Source of the DNA: Ylistrum balloti | Taxonomy: Eukaryota | Direction: 5' to 3' | Assembly (NCBI RefSeq): GCF_031769215.1 | Contig: NW_026782036.1 | Location: 1,054,001-1,118,000 of the forward strand | Length of the DNA: 64,000 nt | Part shown: piece by piece, positions 1-13,329 of the stretch | Layout of the letters: each line of letters opens with the position of its first letter | Numbering within the stretch: the first letter of the stretch is position 1 | Notes under the pieces: generated by a model | The model's database searches: none | What the model was told of the DNA's origin: nothing | Seen by the model: only the letters and a program-made list of their open reading frames with translations | Translations under genes and position numbers: made by a program

Positions 1-3000
1 ATATTGTTCTATTGTAGGATATAACACGGATAATTGTAGGATATAACACGGATAATAGTTCTATTGTAGGATATAACACGGATAATTGTTCTATTGTAGG
101 ATATAACATGGATAATTGTATGTTCTATTGTAGGATATAACACTGATAATTGTTCTATTGTAGGATATAACACGGATAATTGTTCTATTGTAGGATATAA
201 CACGGATAATTGTTCTATTGTAGGATATAACACGGATAATTGTATGTTCTATTGTAGGATATAACACGGTATGTTCTATTGTAGGATATAACACGGATAA
301 TTGTTCTATTGTAGGATATAACACGGATATTTGTTGTATTGTAGGATATAACACGGATAATAGTATGTTCTATTGTAGGATATAACACGGATAATTGTAT
401 GTTCTATTGTAGGATATAACACGGATAATTGTTCTATTGTAGGATATAACACGGATAATTGTTCTATTGTAGGATATAACACGGATAATTGTATGTTCTA
501 TTGTAGGATATAACACGGATAATTGTTCTATTGTAGGGTATAACACGGATAATTGTTCTATTGTAGGATATAACACGGATAATTGTTCTATTGTAGGATA
601 TAACACGGATAATTGTTCTATTGTAGGATATAAATAATTGTTCTATTGTAGGATATAACACGGATAATTGTTCTATTGGATATTGTTGTTCTATTGTTCT
701 TGTTCTATTGTAGGATATAACACGGATAATTGTTCTATTGTAGGATATAACACGGATAACGGATAATTGTTCTATTGTAGGATATAACACGGATATAACA
801 CGGATAATTGTTGTTCTATTGTAGGATATAACACGGATAATTGTTCTATTGTAGGATATAACACGGTTCTATAATATAACACGGATAATTGTTCTATTGT
901 AGGATATAACACGGATAATTGTTCTATTGTAGGATATAACACGGATAATTGTTCTATTGTAGGATATAACACGGATAATTGTTCTATTGTAGGATATAAC
1001 ACGGATAATTGTTCTATTGTAGGATATAACACGGATAATTGTTCTATTGTAGGATATAACACAGATAATTGTATGTTCTATTGTAGGATATAACACGGAT
1101 AATTGTTCTATTGTAGGATATAACACGGATAATTGTATGTTCTATTGTAGGATATAACACGGATAATTGTATGTTCTATTATAGGATATAACACGGATAC
1201 TTGTTCTATTGTAGGATATAACACGGATAATTGTATGTTCTATTGTAGGATATAACACGGATAATTGTTCTATTGTAGGATATAACACGGATATTGTAGG
1301 ATATAACACGGATAATTGTTCTATTGTAGGATATAACACGGATAATTGTATGTTCTATTGTAGCATATAACACGGATAATTGTTCTATTGTAGGATATAA
1401 CACGGATAATTGTTCTATTGTAGAATATAACACGGATAATTGTTCTATTGAAGGATATAACACGGATAATTGTATGTTCTATTGTAGGATATAACACGGA
1501 TAATTGTTCTATTGTAGGATATAACACGGATAATTGTATGTTCTATTGTAGGATATAACACGGATAATTGTATGTTCTATTGTATAGGATATAACACGGA
1601 TAATTGTTCTATTGTAGGATATAACACGGATAATTGTTCTATTGTAGGATATAACACGGATAATTGTTCTATTGTAGGATATAACACGGATAATTGTTCT
1701 ATTGTAGGATATAACACGGATAATTGTTCTATTGTAGGATATAACACGGATAATTGTATGTTCTATTGTAGGATATAACACGGATAACTGTATGTTCTAT
1801 TGTAGGATATAACACGGATAATTGTTCTATTGTAGGATATAACACGGATAATTGTATGTTCTATTGTAGGATATAACACGGATAATTGTTGTTCTATTGT
1901 AGGATATAACACGGATAATTGTTGTTCTATTGTAGGATATAACACGATAATTGATAATTGTTCTATTGTAGGATATAACACGGATAATTGTTCTATTGTA
2001 GGATATAACACGGATAATTGTTCTATTGTAGGATATAACACGGATATTTGTTCTATTGTAGGATATAACACGGATAATTGTTCTATTGTAGGATATAACA
2101 CGGATAATTGTATGTTCTATTGTAGGATATAACACGGATAATTGTTCTATTGTAGGATATAACACGGATAATTGTTCTATTGTAGGATATAACACGGATA
2201 ATTGTATGTTCGGATAATTGTGTTCTATTGTAGGATATAACACGGATAATTGTTCTATTGTAGGATATAACACGGATAATTGTTCTATTGTAGGGTATAG
2301 AACGGATAATTGTATATTCTATTGTAGGATATAACACGTATAATTGTATGTTCTATTGTAGGATATAACACGTATAATTGTATGTTCTATTGTAGGATAT
2401 AACACGGATATTTGTTCTATTGTAGGATATAACACGGATAATTGTTCTATTGTAGGATATAACACGGATAATATTGTAGGATATAACACGGATAATTGTT
2501 CTATTGTAGGATATAACACGGATAATTGTTCTATTGTAGGATATGATAGGATATAACACGGATAATTGTTCTATATGATATTGTTCTATTGTAGGATATA
2601 ACACAGATAATTGTATGTTCTATTGAAGGATATAACACGGATAATTGTTTTATTGTAGGATATAACACGGATAATTGTTCTCTTGCAGGATATAACACGG
2701 ATAACTCTTCTATTGTAGGATATAACACGGATAATTGTATGTTCTATTGTAGGATATAACACGGATAATTGTTCTATTGTAGGATATAACACGGATAATT
2801 GTTCTATTGTAGGATATAACACGGATAATTGTTCTATTGTAGGATATAACACGGATAATTGTATGTTCTATTGTAGGATATAACACGGATAATTGTATGT
2901 TCTATTGTAGGATATAACACGGATAATTGTATGTTCTATTGAAGGATATAACACGGATAATTGTTTTATTGTAGGATATAACACGGATGATTGTTCTATT

Positions 3001-3375
3001 GTAGGATATAACACGGATACTTGTTCTATTGTAGGATATAACACGTATAATTGTATGTTCTATTGTAGAATATAACACGGATAATTGTTCTATTGTAGGA
3101 TATAACACGGATAATTGTTCTATTGTAGGATATAACACGTATAATTGTTCTATTGTAGAATATAACACGGATAATTGTTCTATTGTTCTATTGTAGGGAT
3201 ATAACACGGATAATTGTTCTATTGTGATATAACACGGATAATTGTTCTATTGTAGGATATAACACGGATAATTGTTCTATTGTAGGATATAACACGGATA
3301 ATTGTTCTATTGTAGGATATAACACGGATAATTGTATGTTCTATTGTAGGATATAACACGGATAATTGTATGTTC
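1..3375. repeat. Tandem satellite, 30-bp unit (TTGTTCTATTGTAGGATATAACACGGATAA) with interspersed 34-bp variant (+TATG), roughly 105-110 copies, truncated by the window edge; lies in intron 7 of the SLC5 gene
   Basis: Unit read directly. Units are contiguous with no spacers. All ORFs at 9..3207 are translations of this repeat. Confidence 0.98.
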
Positions 3376-3390
3376 ATAAAGTTGTAATGA

Positions 3391-3429
3391 GATTCCAGGA
3401 CTCACCAGTGGTGCTAAGGGCCTAAAATT
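3391..3429 (-). repeat. Truncated, degenerate copy of the hammerhead-bearing repeat (stem I 5' arm, core CTGGTGA, 5' half of stem II only)
   Basis: Minus strand reads AATTTTAGGCCCTTAGCACCA-CTGGTGA-GTCC, near-identical to 36423-36454. The 3' half is missing. Confidence 0.7.
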
Positions 3430-3758
3430 GTAATTAATGGAAATAACACGGAAAATTTGATGATTAAAACTACAAATATGATTTTAAATTATATTGGTAA
3501 CTGTATGCTTATTTTTGTCCTAATAGATTGTTAAAACAATGCTATTATGTTAGTATCCATACTTATTATGTGTTATATTGTGTTATATCATATGTTATAT
3601 GATATTTTGTTACATAGAAAAAAAATATATATACTCGATCATGAGTGGAGATTGTCATGAACTTATATCGCTTTTAACACGATAACATGAACATCAATAT
3701 TATTTGCCGTGTTTTATTAAGTAAAAGGATGTCAACTTAGCGGCACCATCAAGCTTAC

Positions 3759-6700
3759 TTAGCACCATTAAGACAAGAGATCCAGCCACCATTATAACCG
3801 TCTGTAATGTGTCCGTATACATCACAGCCTTCAATCCTCCTGTAAAATAATAGTAGTTATAGCATCAGGGTATCTTAGGCAAGGGAAACAATGCAAGACC
3901 TTAGACAAACATCAATGTATGACAAAATTGTTTATTAATATAACAACAATATAATTAGTATTATGTTGACTTTATTTCCCTTCTTTGATAAATCATCAAG
4001 AATCTTGTTACCGGGGTAATCAATACTATTGTAATAGTTTAAGATTATTATAATAAACAAGTATATAGATGACGTTGAGTAGTTTGATTTATGTTTTCAG
4101 CAAATGCAACTGACGGCGTTATCAAAAATAAAATCAGAATTCATGCTATTTCCTAGTTCCTAATTAGTGTACATTGCATTTGTAAAGATGTACATTTTTG
4201 TTATGACGACATTGAAATTACTTCACATTGTTTATATGCCGTCGGCACTGGTTGGTTTATTTTCGTAATTTTCGATATGTTGTATCTGTGAAGAGTTGTT
4301 TGTAATGAAAAAGTTATCACTAACATTCAATACCAAACGTAGATGTAATTTTAACATGAACGATCGAACATACCGTAAATCAGCTACAAAACATAAAGTG
4401 AAAAATCCAAGTAATATCAATGTTGATGAAACGGTGTCTTTGGAAAGAAGGAAGTTAACGCCCACGTGTTTACAAGATGTATTGCTTCTCATTGTAATAC
4501 ATCGAGCGGGATACTGATGTACCAACCTGAGACAGTATACAGAGCAGATATTCCTAACAACAGGAAAACTCCCGCGTATAGGTCCCATCCTACAGCCTGC
4601 TGTATGAATATTGTTCCCGCAAACATGTCAACCTAAAGATACAACTGACTAGGCTGGATACAAATGCGACATCAAATGTTCAAGGTCCAAAGAGAATGCA
4701 ACGAATCAAGCAAGCTATTTCTTACATGTTTTGTCTATTACACACAGCTCCGGTTCTGTTTGTTTGCCAAAGGGAAGATATTTTAAAACAGTTTTAACTA
4801 TTCACATTATACTTCAACAATTGGCCAACACGAAAGGTAACATTAACACTTCGTAGTCTATGATAACATAAATCTTTACTCAATCCTTCCCATGTTAACA
4901 CTCAATCCTTCCCATGTTAACACTCAATCCTTCCCATGTTAACACTCAATCCTTCCCATGTTAACACTCAATCCTTCCCATGTTAACACTCAATCCTTCA
5001 CATGTTAACACTCAATCCTTCCCATGTTAACACTCAATCCTTCCCATGTTAACACTCAATCCTTCCCATGTTAACACTCAATCCTTCACATGTTAACACT
5101 CAATCCTTCCCATGTTAACACTCAATCCTTCACATGTTAACACTCAATCCTTCACATGTTAACACTCAATCCTTCACATGTTAACACTCAATCCTTCCCA
5201 TGTTAACACTCAATCCTTCCCATGTTAACACTCAATCCTTCACATGTTAACACTCAATCCTTCCCATGTTAACACTCAATCCTTCACATGTTAACATACA
5301 TGTTTCATGTATTAAATAAAGACGTCTCTTTTATTTGAATACGGGTGATCGTTCATTAGACAATTTTTTAACGAAAAAATATACAGTATGGTTCAAGGTT
5401 CCTTACTTACGGATATTTTAGTGAAGACATATATGAGAAGCGATAATACTGCCATGTAGATCTGGAGACGTTGACCACCAAACCTTCTCATGAGGTACTC
5501 CGGTAAGGTGTATACCTGCAAACAGATATACATATATCTATAAATGGTATCTTTAGCATACAGCATATAAATAATTATCATTTACTTACAGAAATGAAGC
5601 TTTATAACGAGAAACAAAAAGTGCATCTCCCGTTTCTATCAGTGCCACACCTTTGGCAGTCCAATGCATGATCACATAAAGACAATACAACTGTAGAATA
5701 CAACTTAAGTTATCATCTGACATATACTTGCTATTCGAAAAAAAGTGTTTCGTCAGGAAACTTCTAACAGCAATGGTGTCCAGACATACCCCGCTTGAAA
5801 TGTAGATGGGTACAAAAAGCCATCCCAACAGCAGTAGACAGAACAATCCCTACAAATAGACACATATATCAATGGTTCATTTAGTTATTGATTTACTATC
5901 ATGACCTTTCGGCAGATGAAAAAAGGGAAATTAGAAGGAATTAAGTGAAATTGAAAGCAGAGTAGAGAACATGAGAAGAAATGGAGTCGTATATCTCGCC
6001 AGTGAGTACTAACAAAATAAGTTCACAACAAGGCCACTATAATACAGTTATGAATACAAATGACGACCAAATTGGTGACATTTTATTTTATTAAATTAGA
6101 TAGTGTCATGATATTAACACAAAAATTTAAGACTCAAATACAACATTACTTGATATAGATTTCAGTAAACTGTAGTTGTCATCTTAAGGGTACAAGAGCG
6201 GCTACTGCCTAATAGTCTAATCAGGTTGAAAAACATCGCCACAAAGACACTTCTAAATGAAGACAAAATGTCCTTCCCATTCAGAATACAGAAGAGGTTG
6301 AGAAGAGAAATCGGAAAGAGGTGAAGACGTTACTTGAATACCAACTATGTTTTACAAGGTGACCGTTACAATGTATAACTAAGCAGCACAAAATAAACTA
6401 TGACAGTAAACCAGCCTAGTCATTGGATATCGGCTGAAGCAAAATAGTCATCAATGACAAAGTCCTTTTATGTACTCTAATATATGTAAATTCTAGCGTT
6501 ATCTGTTGTTGATACAGTCCTTATAGTAACAAGGTTATGTCACTTACATGGCAACCATAGATTGGTACCTATATAAACATGATCTAAGATAGAAATAGGA
6601 CGCGTGATTTACTAACATATAATTCTTTAGGCGGCGACGAAAGATACAAATGTATATATTTGCTGATAGAACGTATTTACGTAATTACAACACAAACTCA

Positions 6701-8777
6701 AATTTAATCAATAGACATACAGAAGAGGTAATACATGAAAAGCGAGCGAACAAATTAATACAAATTGAGCGAAATATGTGAGGGAGTAAATAAATGTGTG
6801 GTCGAGAATAGCAGATCATGTCAATATACTTAGAATTAAAATATTTCAAGTTTTTTAGGCATAGATTTCAAGAAAAAGATGCAAGGAATTGTGTTACTTA
6901 CATTTAATTCATAACTAGCCACCGCAATTCCGTTTGCCGCTCCTGTTCCAGCAAGACCAACAAAGCTTCCGCTGCCAATGTTACTGGAGAACAGTGATGC
7001 ACCTATCTATAAAGTAACAAAAGTGTACAGTTTTACTGCTTGAACTAGAAACTTATCAATAAATAATCCACCATTATTCATTAATATTAAACACTCTTAT
7101 ATTTACACGTTTTCGCTGAAATAACCGTTTTTAGGTAACCTAGATGTGAATCTATAGCGGTAACTTTCAATAAACATGGCGGTTTTGTTAGATGACAGAC
7201 TTTGATATTTGATAATTACGGATGATTTTCAGTTCAAGATTTCCTAGAATAATTGCATGAAAATGCAAGTAAAATACCGTGTTTGGTTACATTAAGGGTA
7301 TGTTTAATACCAATGTTGAAATGCTATCATTTTGTGTTTGTTTAATCTTTAATGATCATTGAACTGTCCCGGATTTTATTGTAGATACCGATGTTTCCAG
7401 TGGTGTAATTGTCATAGTGTTATTACAAATGTATACACATTGGTATCTTTACAACAGTAGAGCGAGACTACGCAGAACCCAATAAACGTTATAAAAATCA
7501 AATAATTATCGTGTCTTTTATGTCATTTACAAGTGTTTTTTTTTTTATCTATTTGCAACTTTGGGTAAACTGATATAATTGTGCTTAGTTCTTAGTTATT
7601 CTACATTAGGAATTTCCATAATATATTCATTAGATAAAAGATCTGTGTATATTTATGCTGTCAGGACCAAGTGTGTGTTTTTTTTTATAAAGTAAGGACA
7701 GGGAACATTGTGTTTACAGTGTACTACATTTTGTCTTACCGCAAACCACAGCATATCCCTGCCTGCTAGGAAATAACCGCTGACACTGCCTCGCTCTGTT
7801 CTGACGGTTGCCTACACAGGTAATATAAACATACTGAGACTCCAGGGTAATGTCGGATTACACTTCACGAATAGAAATGAGGAATTAAGTAAATAAAGAA
7901 GGCGTGTCAGAACATACTTTGAAATAAATTAACTTTGAATAAATAATTGTGTGAAAGCCAGTGGGTACGCCAGGTAAACAAAATGGTACTGACAAAGTTG
8001 CTAATATTAAAGAGTACTATACATAAATATCTTATTAAAAGAACAATAAGAAAAATCCCATTTCCCAGTTTCTTAGAATATCAAACTCATCAATACGCCA
8101 TTTTTCAAAACTTAAACAATGAAAATTTAAACCGTCGAAATAATCCCTTAATGGATAATTCTGAAATTACGAAAAAAAAAACAAAAAAAACCGAAAACAT
8201 TTATGATATAACGTATCTGATAATACGTTAGATAAATTATTAACAACCAACCAACTTGTTAAGCCATTAGTAATATAGCTTCGTATATTCCTCTACCTAC
8301 ACCTATTTATCAGGTATTGTCTGTGAATATCATTGAGTGAAATAAGTGTAAGTAAAAAAAGAAATATATATAGATGTATGTGCATATAAAATGTTCACCT
8401 TTTTAAACATCTATCTACAGGGCACATATCTATATAAATACCTTCATAACCAGTGACCTATATCAGTTCACAGTGTGACATGAACATTGTATTTTTGCCG
8501 TAGGAAATGTTAGGATAAAATTTTTTTCATTTTTTAAAAACAAAATCAGCCAAATATCCAAAAAGTAACGGAAACAAAAACCAATATTAAGAAGAATAAA
8601 ACAACAAAATTAATTATCATGAGTTAATATACAGAAAATGACAAGAACTTTAAAAGTCTTGAAACTTACCCATATTCCTGTTGCTAGACAGAAGACGAGA
8701 TATATAACGATCACAACGATATCGACGGTACCCAAAGTTGCTGATGAGAAAGCCGAGCCTGTTGCATTAGATGACAT
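3759..8777 (-). CDS. Sodium:glucose/myo-inositol cotransporter (SLC5/SSS family, SGLT-like), 5' part. Coding exons 8670-8777, 7740-7811, 6902-7006, 5790-5849, 5411-5515, 4527-4632, 3759-3839; remaining exons lie beyond the left edge
   Basis: Hand splicing with GT-AG at every junction and consistent phases gives [212 protein letters not shown]. These are hallmark SGLT motifs (GYFLAGR, SNIGSG, PEYL..RFGG, GGL.AV.YTD). Confidence 0.96.
4878..5295. repeat. Minisatellite, 22-bp unit ACTCAATCCTTC(C/A)CATGTTAAC x19, in SLC5 intron 5
   Basis: 418 bp = 19 x 22 bp, with a single C/A variable site. Confidence 0.97.
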
Positions 8778-10590
8778 TGTTGTAATTGCTGTTTTTGTCG
8801 TTGTTGTTGATGATGTTACTACAGCTGTCAGTACCGTGTCGCCATGTTCTTGTTATCTGTCACTGCTGTGACAGTCGCATTCCTCGTATCGTAATAAAGG
8901 TTGTGTTGCTACAGAGTTATCAGTAAGGTCCCGAACGATTTACAATATATCAAAACGAAACATTGTTAATCCGTCCTACGTGAAATATACACAACGGAGG
9001 GCACTAACAGTTGTCGTCTACTTCAGTGGTGTACAGGTAACTGCTGCCTTCCTTTAAGGACGCCACTATTCACATCACGTGTCTATGTACCTAGGATCGT
9101 CCGCCATATAAACCACCAGTGTGTTTACACTAACTCGCCTATTACAAACACACACCATCACATCTTAATTCAGTGATAATATCCGATACATCTTCATCAT
9201 ACCCTTAAATATACTAGAAAGTTTGTCTACTGCTAGGCGCAATCTTTGAAAAGTAAAGGTGTCTAATAACCGCTACTTCCCTTAGATGTACGCTGACGGA
9301 TACGGTGTTAATGTATGGAGCAAAAATAACGAAACCTTGTTATATGGCCTTTCTAAGGGTATGTTCATTTTAGCGTGACGAGAGACTTTGTCGATGACTC
9401 ATTACTTAAGATTTTAATGATATGGTTTTTACAGCATCACATCCCACCTCTCATCGTTTAACTTTGGATCTATTGGTCCCATATTCCTATATACGACTGT
9501 TCAACTAAATCTGGCTCTCTATAGCTCGGTGAAGACTATTGGGTTCTGTTTTCTTCATGGTGATGTATCAGTATACTTTCCCGTTGACTTTGACGTTTGA
9601 TCTGGTCCTTCTTTTAAAAGAATTATAGCATATTTGTCCATTTAAATTACAGCCTATTGGACAGCTCTTTTTTTTTGGAAGGTTGTATATTTTGCTCACT
9701 TTCACACTGATTTATATATTGGCCACGTGTCTTATTTGTCACGTTCTTTCGCATTCTATTTATCTACATGCACTTCTATCTAAAGTTACCCGAGGTGCAA
9801 AATTTGTTTATCTATTTTACTTAAATTTAAGGGCGGTTTGTAAACATACTTGTAGACATCTAATACATTGAAACGTTTACTTACAATCTATACGTTTACC
9901 TGTATATTGCCCTCTGGTTTAAAGTTTGTTTAGCATTTGATTTATACTTCTTAGTATCCCTTTCTAATTCATCCGAATAAAACCAGTTTGCATAACGTCA
10001 TATATAAACGGATTATTAATCTTATTAACATTAATGATATTACTGAATACTAACACGAAACATCAATGATACTGTGATGATACTGCAATTCACTTAAGGA
10101 AGGAGTTGTCAATAGTTTAAATACTGTAATTCATTACAAATTACTTGTCAGTGTCATTTCTTGCATTTTTTCATAGATATCTCGGCTGCAACAATGTTAT
10201 ATTTACTAATGAAGGAAGGTCGCGTTAGAGGAAGCAATTAACTACAATATTTCACGGATTTCGAAGAAAACTGTACCAGAGAGCGGGTAAATCGACTGCA
10301 TGATATGTTGGATTTACTTTCAGAATGAGCTAAACCCATTTGGTTTCTCATTATAAAAATAGAGATTGATATCTAGAATGAAAATAAAACACAATTATTT
10401 TGTCACAATTTTTAATCTTCTATTAACGATTTACAAAATAGATATTTCATTGTGACTGTAGATAAGTCATTAAGTACCTTGATCCTTGACTGCAGATAAA
10501 GATAACGAAGGAAACCCCATTTTTTTTATTTTATTAATTTTTTTCTAAGAAATGCTGCCTTACCATGCCAAATTATAAAAAAAATAAATA

Positions 10591-11700
10591 TTGTCTAGTG
10601 ATGGTAGCCTCCTGTATTTATATCGATCTCCTTGTCTAGTGATGGTAGTCTCCTAAATTTATACTGGACTCCTTGTCTAGTGACGGTAGCCTCCTATATT
10701 TATATTGAACTCCTTGTCTAGTGATGGTAGTCTCCTGTATTTATATTGGACTCCTTGTCTAGTGACGGTAGCCTCCTGTATTTATATCTAACTCCTTGTC
10801 TAGTGATGGTAGCCTCCTGTATTTATATCGAACTCCTTGTCTAGTGATGGTAGTCTCCTGTATTTATATTGGACTCCTTGTCTAGTGACGGTAGCCTCCT
10901 GTATTTATATCTAACTCCTTGTCTAGTGATGGTAGCCTCCTGTATTTATATCGAACTCCTTGTCTAGTGATGGTAGTCTCCTGTATTTATATTGGACTCC
11001 TTGTCTAGTGACGGTAGCCTCCTGTATTTATATCGAACTCCTTGTCTAGTGATGGTAGCCTCTTGTATTTATATCGAAATGCTTGTTTAGTGATGGTAGC
11101 CTCCTGTATTTATATCGAACTCCTTGTCTAGTGATGGTAGCCTCCTGTATTTATATCGAACTCCTTGTCTAGTGATGGTAGCCTCCTGTATTTATATCGA
11201 ACTCCTTGTCTAGTGATGGTAGCCTCCTGTATTTATATCGAACTCCTTGTCTAGTGATGGTAGCCTCCTGTATGTATATTGGACTCCTTGTCTAGTGACG
11301 GTAGCCTCTTGTATTTACCTTGAACTCCTTGTCTAGTGATGGTAGCCTCCTGTATTTATACTGGACTCCTTGTCTAGTGATGGTAGCCTCCTGTATTTAT
11401 ATCGAACTCCTTGTCTAGTGATGGTAGTCTCCTGTATTTATATTGAACTCCTTGTCTAGTGACGGTAGTCTCCTGTATTTATATCGAACTCCTTGTCTAG
11501 TGACGGTAGCCTCCTATATTTATATTGATCTCCTTGTCTAGTGATGGTAGCCTCCTGTATTTATACTGGACTCCTTGTCTAGTGACGGTAGCCTCCTGTA
11601 TTTATATCGAACTCCTTGTCTAGTGATGGTAGCCTCCTGTATTTATATTGAACTCCTTGTCTAGTGATGGTAGTCTATTGTATTTATATTGGACTCCTAG
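10591..11700. repeat. Satellite, 41-bp unit TTGTCTAGTGATGGTAGCCTCCTGTATTTATATCGAACTCC x~27, directly abutting a PLE RT remnant
   Basis: Period 41 read from starts at 10591 and 10632. The last unit continues in frame into PLE RT sequence. Confidence 0.97.
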
Positions 11701-12800
11701 ACTGCTCCAGAATCCCTTTCAACGGTGTTTTTAATTTTCGGTCGTCTTGTTGTTTCACAAAACCTTTTGTCGGATCTTCTTACTATCATTCTTAGTTCTA
11801 TCAAACAAGGGTTACAGTCTTACTATGATTCTGTCTTCTCTAGAAAAAGGAAATAATGACAGATGGCTTTAGAGAACTCGAAAGGGCATATGACCAATAT
11901 TTTAACATCCCCCTCTTCCTTAGAACTTTTGATTTTTAACTCTGTTCACCCCTGTAAACCATTCCAAACTAAAGGAAAACCTCCTTGTTATGCGAGCTTT
12001 CTTTTCCAAGAAGATTAATCTACTAGAGCGTAACTTTTGAAAAGTACGTCAAATCAAACGAAATCTACCAAGGATGGAATAAAAAAGTGATCGGATTTCT
12101 TGTTGACAATCTTTCGTTGAGTTTTGCAGTAAGATCATCAAACAGATTATAAGCCTACCTTTTCTTGACTGACTTGTTTTCGTTTTCAAAGGAGTGTTGA
12201 TTTAACGAGGAGCTGATCAAAAGAGGTTATGAAGACCTTGCGAAGGCACTCAATTTCACTTTTAAATATATTGATGATGCATTGTATATAAATAACAAGA
12301 TATTTTGATGACAATGGTCATCGTTTGTACCCACCAGAATTGGAAATCTAGGACACGACAGACTCTTCTACATCAGTCGTTTATCTTTTCCCACAACGAA
12401 CCCGACAGTGACAACTTTCCAACAAGCTATATGAGAAGCCTGGGGATTTTCAATTTCCATATTGTGATTTTTTCATTTCTAAAAATAACAACGTTCATGC
12501 ACCCACAACCAATAGCATTTACATGTCGCAATTGATTTGATATTTTAAGGCTTTTAGTCCAGTACTATTAATTTCGTGGAAGGTGTCAGCAAGTGTCATA
12601 CAAAGTCATAATACAGGGCTTCGAGAGATTCAGGTTGGTGATAGTTACAGGGGAGTTTTCGGTAGTTGCAGAAACCTCATTGGGAAATTAACTATAGGCT
12701 AAAACTTACATACCGGACGTCATCGATGAAGCATAAGACGCTTTCTCTTCCTGAACACTTGAACTTATTCCTTTTCATGAGTCTCTGAGTATTCTTTCTT
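11660..12800 (+). mobile_element. Decayed Penelope-like retroelement, RT-terminal (Naiad-like) type, 5'-truncated
   Basis: Frameshifted and stop-interrupted translation shows LLYLYWTPRLLQNPF, TKP.SDLLTIILSSIKQGLQSYYD, an FDF.TL-like motif, GFLVDN, LNFTFKYIDDAL (YIDD catalytic motif) and DFQFPYCDF, followed by the conserved 3' tail. No endonuclease follows the RT. The Naiad assignment is from recalled motif similarity. Confidence 0.85.
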
Positions 12801-13329
12801 CTGTTTATTTTAAACGAATTAAGATTATCCACATACCAGGCTTCTAGTATCAGATAAATGTAAACTGTATAATGGATTTATATTGGTTTGGTATAAACGT
12901 TTTGTGAAATGTTATTATGTGTTTAAAAATGCTATTTCATAATGTTTTGTCTTTCGTTCTATTTCAGCCGCTTAATTTGACGGCTCTTAACATAGAAATT
13001 AATAAAAAGAGTGTTAACCACAACCGAATCTGCATGTACTAATGTTAAAGTGTGAAATGGAAATGTCACTGATGTTAAGAACAGGAGATTTCGTCCGACA
13101 TTAGATTATAAATAAGAACTTCACTGAAATTATAATATCTAAGGAAAATCCATCTAATCTTTTATCTCATAATTAAGTAAATAACACCAAGAAGAATGAG
13201 AACAAGTGTTCTGGTTAATATACATTTTCTTATTCAAAATGTTAAAATTCCAATTTGTTTTTAAGTTGACATGCTGGGTTACTTCAAATATATAAAGACA
13301 AAAAAGAATTAAAGCAAATGCTTTGAGTT

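Noticed and set aside
9-3207. Many short minus-strand ORFs (MLYPTIEQLS...)
   Set aside because: Translations of the satellite in alternate frames.
1-3375. 30-bp repeats of CRISPR-like length (also 25965-27815)
   Set aside because: Units are contiguous with no unique spacers, there are no cas genes, and the context is eukaryotic.
8638-8871. 77-aa plus-strand ORF
   Set aside because: Antisense shadow of SLC5 exon 1.
9330-9700. Possible decayed LINE RT (VKVNGK-like on the minus strand)
   Set aside because: Only one weak motif and no QG or YADD motif recoverable, so it is not supportable by eye.
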